DNA of 64,000 bases, from NCBI GenBank assembly GCA_963575745.1, contig CAUYUJ010000146.1, positions 1 through 64,000 on the forward strand, read 5' to 3'. Positions 61,147-64,000 of this stretch are shown here, piece by piece; position 1 is the stretch's first letter; each line of letters opens with the position of its first letter. The notes under the pieces were generated by a model. The model saw only the letters and a program-made list of their open reading frames with translations, was not told the origin of the DNA and did not search any database. The position numbers were made by a program, and so were the translations under genes. The DNA is from Prorocentrum cordatum. Lineage: Eukaryota.

Positions 61147-64000
61147 GAACGGCGGGCCGACGCGGCCTTCTCAGTTTTTCGATACGAGCACATCCGCCTG
61201 AACAGGAGAAGCATTGATACATCGGCCCCCCCCCTGTGTGAGAGAAAGGTTGCCCGCCCCGGACCCATCTGTGAGAGAAAGGGGCGCTGTGAGAGTTGCG
61301 TGTATGGAAGCGATGATCACTACAAAGACATAATGACGGGCGGGGGGTTGCAGGAGGGAGTGCAAGGGGAAGCGAAGCAAAGGAGAGAGCAGGACACAGG
61401 TGACAGCACAGATGTCGTGTTTTCCCCCACACCGCATGCGATGCCGCACGCGGCGCGCGAAACCGCGCTCCCCCGCGCGCGCGCGAGTGCGCCCCTCCGC
61501 CGAGGTCACTCTCCTCGGCGAAATTCTCGCGACATCCCTCCGCTGCTGCGGAGGGGCGTTCCCCTTGTGCGCTCGGGATGTCGTGGTCATCCTGAGGACC
61601 GTACAATCAACCATGTGGGGGCACTGTCGTGTTCATCCGCCCCGTAATTACATGCGAAGGGGGTCGGCGCCTTCTTGCCAGGAGCTGCCGACTGGCGGCA
61701 TCTTGGACCCTAGTTTGCACCAGTTGCCCCAATGGTCGCGGTACCAAAGTGCCTGATCGAATGGATCGTCATCTTCCAAACCTGTCCTCCGAACAGTCTT
61801 CTCATCCCACAACCCACCACGCTCCAAGACAGCAGCCCCCGCTGCTGCGAGGGCTACAGCAGCCCCCGCTACTGCGAGGGTTTCTTTCTTGGAGCTCGCC
61901 TTGCGCCGAGCTAGCGGCCGCGCGGCCGCCTTCGCCGACGCTGCCGTGGGTCGAGCCGCAGCCCCAGCGCGCTTGCTCGAATGAGGTCTGTGATCCGGTT
62001 TCCGAAAAGCCCTCTTCTCGCCGACGCGGCATCGTCCCGTCCTTGTGTCGGGTTTCCTATTCCTCTTCTCGCCGATGCGGCATCGCCCGATCCTTGCGTC
62101 AAGCTTCCTAACCTTCATGGCTGGCGATCTCGAACCCAAACGGCACGGCAGAGATCGGGGGCGGGACAAAGAACTGACACATGGAGCGGGACCGGGACCG
62201 GGAGCCCGGGACCGGGACCAGCACCGACACCGGGACCGGGACCGGGTCCAGCACCCCCGTTCCCGGTCCCGGTCCCGGCCCCGGTCCCGGTCCCGGTCCC
62301 GTGGTCGGTTCTGCTGCTCGTCCAGGGCTCCCCGTCCCTGTCCCGCTCCCGGTCCCGGTCCCGCTCTCCCCCAGGTCCCGGTCCCGGTCCCGGTGTCGGT
62401 CCTGGCCCCTGCAGGACCCCTCCTCCTCCTCCTCCTCTTGCTCGCCCTCCTTTCCCCCCCAGCAAAAAGCAAACGACGACGACGAGCACGGCGACAACGA
62501 CCACGATTTCTTCAGCCGCTCAATGCGAGCGCCTGCCTCCTCGCGCGCGCGCGCGCCGAGCCCGCGCCTCAGATCTCTTATGATAACCCCCGCTGCTGCG
62601 GAGACCGCCCCCGCTGCTGCGGAGGTCTCCGCAGCCGCGCGCCGTCAGCTGGAGTCGCTTGAAGGGCTGCGGCGCCGCGACAATGCCTCGAACGCGTCAC
62701 TGTTGAACGCAAACGTGTCCGCAGGAAGCGGCGACTCCCTGGAAAGGAGCTGCGGCGGGGGAGGCTGCGGCGGCGGCCTCGGGACGAGCGGCGCTGCCAG
62801 AGGGCGGGGCGTCTGCGACTCTCTTGGCAGGAGCCGCTTTGGCGGAGGGTGCGGCGGCTGGCTCGGGACGAGCCGCGGTGGCGCAGGGTGCGGTGTCTCC
62901 TCCAGCGGGGGGGCCCCGCGGCGTCCTCCTCCACGCGGGGGAGATGGCGGTGGTGGTGGCATCATTGGCGGCATGCCTGGCGGACGGCATATCTGGCCTG
63001 GGAGGAGCGGGCGCCATGCCCTCGGCCTCAGCATCGCCTGGCCTGTGTGGGGTGGGTGCGCGGGCGGCGTGGGCAGGAACCGCCCTGCCCACGCCGCCCT
63101 GCGGTCGCCGCCCTCCACCTGCCCACTGCGTCTGGAGCGGCTGCGCCCCCTCTGCTCCTGCCCTCTGCGTCTGGAGCGGCTGCGCTCCCGCTGCTGCGAG
63201 GGCACTCTCCTCATTCGGTCTTTGCTCCTCTGCTCCCGCTTTCTGCGTGTGGAACGGCTGCCCCCCCGCTGCTGCGAGGGCTTCGCCCTCTTTGGGGTTC
63301 TGCTCCTGATATCTTTCTTCTTGTTTTTCTTCTTCTTCTTCTTCTTGTTTTTCTTCATCTTCTCCTTCTCCTTCTTCTCCTCCCTCTCACCTCTGTCAGG
63401 GTTGCTCTGTTCGTCCTGGGGCGGCGTGGGGCTGCAGAGGCCGACGGCGTCGCGCCCGTCGCCCTCAAGCTCCTCCTGGGCTCCGTGCGCCCCCGCTGCT
63501 GCGGAGGCTGCTGCTTCAGATTCTGTCTCCGCCTCCTCCTGGTCTCCGTGCGCCTCCGCTGCTGCTGAGGCTGTTGCTTCGGGTTCTGTCTCCGCCCACT
63601 CTCCCCGCTGTTTTTTCCCACTTGGCTTCCCGCTTCCGATCCTTCTTCCTGGCCGCGGCGCCTTTGCCAGACTTCCTGTTCTTGGCTTCTATAAAAACGA
63701 ACAATGTGTGGCAATGTTCCGTGAGGCGGTTCGCATCCTGGGCCTTGTGGATCACCCTGTGCAAGTGCGGCCAGTCATATGCATCCTGCTCCTTGCGCTC
63801 CGCGTCCGTGAGCCTGACCCAGGTCGGACGCGCCACCCAATCCAACTGGCGGTACTGCAGGCTGGTGAGGAGCCCCCAATGCTGCGGAGGCTGGGAAACC
63901 TGATTCAACCAGTGCGGCAGATCAGGCTGCCCGCCCGCAGGGCACTCGCGAACCTGAGCGGGGCCAAGAATCACGATGTAGTGCGGGTGCGTCACGTGAT
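59945..64000 (-). mobile_element. Second, near-identical copy of transposon interior 42230-46301
   Basis: Colinear with scattered SNPs and small indels; begins immediately after the N gap. Confidence 0.9.

Overview
Repeat-dominated, GC-rich eukaryotic DNA with no recognisable host housekeeping gene. Microsatellite content, unidirectional genes, a GA-donor intron and the copia type suggest a dinoflagellate (inference). Three main components: (1) satellite and microsatellite arrays at 1-10100 and 52100-58400; (2) a full-length but decayed Ty1/copia LTR retrotransposon at 11839-17635 (149-bp LTRs, CATTC target duplication, tRNA-Met-like PBS, PPT); (3) the most striking feature, a ~24.2-kb DNA transposon at 27880-52065 bounded by 28-bp terminal inverted repeats and a TA target duplication. 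The transposon encodes a pogo-type DD35D transposase that appears to be spliced to an N-terminal, apparently circularly permuted OTU-like cysteine protease. It also carries co-oriented cargo: two EEP-fold nuclease paralogues, a ParB-like/SET-like protein and unknown ORFs. Its interior holds about 60 same-strand copies of the hairpin CCGCTGCTGCGG, and palindromic CCTCTGTCACAGAGG arrays sit at both ends and in the middle. A near-identical second copy of part of its interior follows a 100-N gap (59945-64000). Several MITE families are also present, one with both filled and empty sites in the window.
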